A stretch of DNA of 63,991 nt, counting the filler, from Dimargaris cristalligena (taxonomy: Eukaryota), in assembly GCA_003614675.1 (NCBI GenBank). It is 8 parts of 8 records of this genome, joined end to end, with 100 filler letters (N's around TTAATTAATTAA, not from the genome) between each part and the next. Parts side by side here need not be neighbours in the genome. Positions count along the whole stretch, not along the records: positions 56,543 to 63,991 come from ML003415.1; 7 more parts are not named here. One strand, written 5' to 3'. The notes beneath the pieces are model-generated. The model made no database searches and was not told where the DNA came from. It saw only the letters and a program-made list of their open reading frames with translations. Position 1 is the stretch's first letter. Each line of letters starts with the position of its first letter. This document shows positions 62,101 to 63,991 of this stretch, one piece after another. The translations under genes were made by a program, and so were the position numbers.

Positions 62101-63991
62101 ACTGTTTCAAATGGCCACGATGTTACAACAGCTCATGTCAGTAACCGCCTGCCTGTCTGCCGTGGCCCTGAACCCGACTATGATGGCTCTGGTTGCCCGC
62201 CGCTGGCGGGATACCAAGTACGACACGGAAGGTTTGGGCAAACCATTACTCCGTATTTTAGTGACCTGTGTGTCCTCTCCGTATTGGATGGACATGGTGC
62301 GCCAGGATATCTTGACCCACTTGTTCGCCGAACTATTGGGCATCGTCCCAGCCTCGTCCGCCACCCCACTGTCCTCGCCCACTCGGTCGCCGCCGGATGC
62401 TCTGTCTCCCGTCGCCTCTGGTCCATCCCCACCCACTCCCCGAATCAGTTCTACCCCTGACCCGTTGGCTAAACTCGTGGTGTGCAACACCTGGGTACCG
62501 GGTTGGCAGGATCTGCAGCCGTTCGTTGGGGCCCTTCAAAACCAAATCTCCGCTATCCTAGCCCATGCCTCATTTAAGGGGGACCCGAATGTAGGCCCCA
62601 CCTCCACCCTGCAGGATTTGGCCGCCAAGGCCCTGGCTTACTGTTCACCCCGCCCCCAACAAAGTGAACTGTTGGGGGCCTACGGTGATCATCCTGCAGA
62701 TACCGAAGGTGGGGTGCTGGCCCAAAGATCCCCCCTCGGCACCCTGTTCCGTATGCTCCTTCCATTAGAAGGCGCCACTAACCACCCATCCCCCCTTATC
62801 GTGGATCCTTGCCAACCCCTCCCTCGACGACAGCCCTCGATTATCCTCAGCGGTAGTGGCAGTGGGTACCGTCCGCCACATTCGACGGCCCACGAAACAC
62901 ATTCCCTATTGAGTCGCCAACTCCTCCGGAACGAATGGTTGCTATCGGAAACCGAGGACTTTGTCTCGGCCTGTCAAGCCATCCAGTACCTCGCATGGCT
63001 TCGGCAAGCTGAATTCGGCCAGGCGATTATGGATGGCCAACGCACGGTTCAGGGCCAGTGTCAAGTATCGCTGGCCGATTTGGTCACACGTCTAGCCGCA
63101 TTACCTGGCGACCTGGCGGTAACCATTAGTTGTGCTCCCGTTGAACGATGTACGTTTCTCCTTCCCGATCGACGAATTAATGATCCATTGGTACGATGTT
63201 ACGCTACTGGTAGCATCGATGATATGACCGGTAACCCCGAAAAATTACTGCGGGAGCGGTCTGCCTTGATGCCGATTGATGAATTCTCAAAAATACAATT
63301 GCGAAACGGCCAGTCGGTTGTCATCTTAAACTTTCCTTCAACCCGATCTCCGACATGGGGGGTACAGTTGGAGGTACCTCGGGTGCTATTGACGGCCATA
63401 TCCCCAGTTTTTGATGCCATGCTTTCGGGGCCATTCGTTGAAGCTCGTTCAGGCCAGGTTCGCTTCTCCGACCCCCGCCTAACATGGCTCGATTTTCTCG
63501 ATATTTTATTCGTCGCCCTGCAGCTCCGTCACATTGGACGACAGGATCCTGCGTATTATCCGTGGAATCAAACCCAAACGGAAGACTTCACGGAGTTGAT
63601 TCAAGGGGGCTATTACGATACACCCGCCACTGTAATCCCGGCGGCAACAGCGACAGTAACCAATGGGTATTCGAATGGTGAAGGGGCAGAACCTGGAACA
63701 GCTGGCCAAACCACATCGAATCCCGCTGATAATAATAGCAGCAGCAACACCATGACCATGCAGGAATCCTGCCAACTATTTCTCCCCTGGTTATTCCCAG
63801 TGGAACGCGGAGCGGGTTACCGTTTACGCCGCCTGTTTCGCAGTGCCGACCGGTTCCTCGTTGAACCGATTCAGCATGCTGTAAGTGGCTGGATGTTTAG
63901 TCAGCTATTAGGTATATCCTGTAGTAAGGCGGGCCTAGCCCCTAGAACTGCGTTATCACCCCTCCTAACCCACGGCATTGAATCTGGGGGC
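59174..63991 (+). CDS. Large intronless helical-repeat (ARM/HEAT-like) protein with a C-terminal BTB/POZ-like domain; 3' truncated by window edge
   Basis: ACCATGGCA at 59174 (MATSKPLSSETSPANLAG...). Leu-rich helical segments; same-frame LEVPRVLLTAISPVFDAMLSGPFVEARSGQVRF (~63370-63470) and LFRSADRFLVEPI are BTB-like. No stop-terminated ORF in this frame appears in the track. Confidence 0.8.
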   Translation, partial: MATSKPLSSETSPANLAGLVQAAQAGAQALMQYLLKTPSSQYDRKDFQKKMVALPWNLLTRTLDYLLLQLAHEEAKREASGSSPSTTTPRTSSSASSSATLRDQIGSERWTKRRAHFHATFFVLLRACAYKAERSQSHPSKGTLPAAFHYFLSVERLERLIRVLLAEIPNGPSTLVFAALETLCFLCEHAGPIPQPAPTSSPATATPNGKLRTAAQSNRSKSPRPYAAFAQDILFSQIEAQNVYTYLLTLAQKGDYPLRNLVLRIAQATWERFHRFLWNSAQLSLLIKIMTAEPPGGGTPDWLHELSERPSLKFRAACAQLLYRLFRMEPTTVNLIPVGSTTALVKLWRTLALLVLQVLPTPPSDAVGALLPLVKRMFYLLTEIVVILNQQLSINCDIFAKALCPAPCTQVTYHLGRILVESIQTGSAGDRSHLLWLWWLLRALFHIMNTAGANGISFPDTDRLTTLTIQLLRILVAHRFEPPSTPSSNPTAQLYVPPEGGVTPPPAAAQDPGIWNWTLGTGCPEQLRLCLEDYRQAAAHGQWLADPIGGPQLALGDPAAPRTPILPSQNLALDAMGVTLHTAVPLIYEMVKFFSRAYQASAGPHAPHGVLVVLCSLFIQVHHIIRDVPPAEASARTLAEVTKLRISLLRLFYNCFRSSGGQRLDVLPAEAHILSEVTQTLLEYVFEAPPPPPVVSPEPTAHPIVRRTPNDSQQQDPAAYLRHEALRVLVVMARHPYCRVHLAAAPSALAFLQYNLTIWVMMDFRGPKSRPHDRTLQQAELLLQYIYYTLQDPIYRVKIRTDHRLAVFFILSYASAVRYTEQPTTHAERAVLRVILVDLFKCYESFYRDTGLLDTLFRCPRSALVAKPPTETAATSFWQLGSTPLTDVSRCLLTPNHLSFLTCLIHVLSNWSTTSTGQSGPTSSGSPSLPQDVEYAAPGGRDASCSGDASTQHIPTSKATEQWKISTSALSFRDMVLFQMATMLQQLMSVTACLSAVALNPTMMALVARRWRDTKYDTEGLGKPLLRILVTCVSSPYWMDMVRQDILTHLFAELLGIVPASSATPLSSPTRSPPDALSPVASGPSPPTPRISSTPDPLAKLVVCNTWVPGWQDLQPFVGALQNQISAILAHASFKGDPNVGPTSTLQDLAAKALAYCSPRPQQSELLGAYGDHPADTEGGVLAQRSPLGTLFRMLLPLEGATNHPSPLIVDPCQPLPRRQPSIILSGSGSGYRPPHSTAHETHSLLSRQLLRNEWLLSETEDFVSACQAIQYLAWLRQAEFGQAIMDGQRTVQGQCQVSLADLVTRLAALPGDLAVTISCAPVERCTFLLPDRRINDPLVRCYATGSIDDMTGNPEKLLRERSALMPIDEFSKIQLRNGQSVVILNFPSTRSPTWGVQLEVPRVLLTAISPVFDAMLSGPFVEARSGQVRFSDPRLTWLDFLDILFVALQLRHIGRQDPAYYPWNQTQTEDFTELIQGGYYDTPATVIPAATATVTNGYSNGEGAEPGTAGQTTSNPADNNSSSNTMTMQESCQLFLPWLFPVERGAGYRLRRLFRSADRFLVEPIQHAVSGWMFSQLLGISCSKAGLAPRTALSPLLTHGIESGG

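Overview
Eukaryotic (fungal) DNA, not one locus. The window is eight unlinked ~8 kb contigs joined by 100-nt N-TTAATTAATTAA-N spacers; the six complete contigs fall in size from 7994 to 7955 bp. Gene content (NRPS, expanded GT25 family, GT-AG introns with GTAAGT donors) suggests an early-diverging fungus, possibly a Dimargaritales-type mycoparasite (inference only). Recognisable genes: NRPS 3' end (A-T-terminal E-like domain), MIS12, WDR59/SEA3, three tandem GT25 glycosyltransferases, SDH4, REX4, a PPG1-like phosphatase, an NmrA-like fragment, PRP43, TTC27/EMW1, and a >1600-codon helical-repeat/BTB ORF missing from the ORF track. Best leads: (1) a small secreted prepropeptide with a Kex2 site and a Cys-rich, conotoxin-like mature peptide; (2) a 136-bp GGG...CCC MITE family with 4-bp TSDs (6 copies), one interrupting a secreted-protein gene; (3) a TGT...ACA long-inverted-repeat family with a hairpin derivative and strong CpG depletion; (4) an NRPS terminal epimerase-like domain lacking its catalytic Glu. 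No multi-gene novel system, CRISPR, tRNA or rRNA could be supported. All calls were made by eye, with no database searches.
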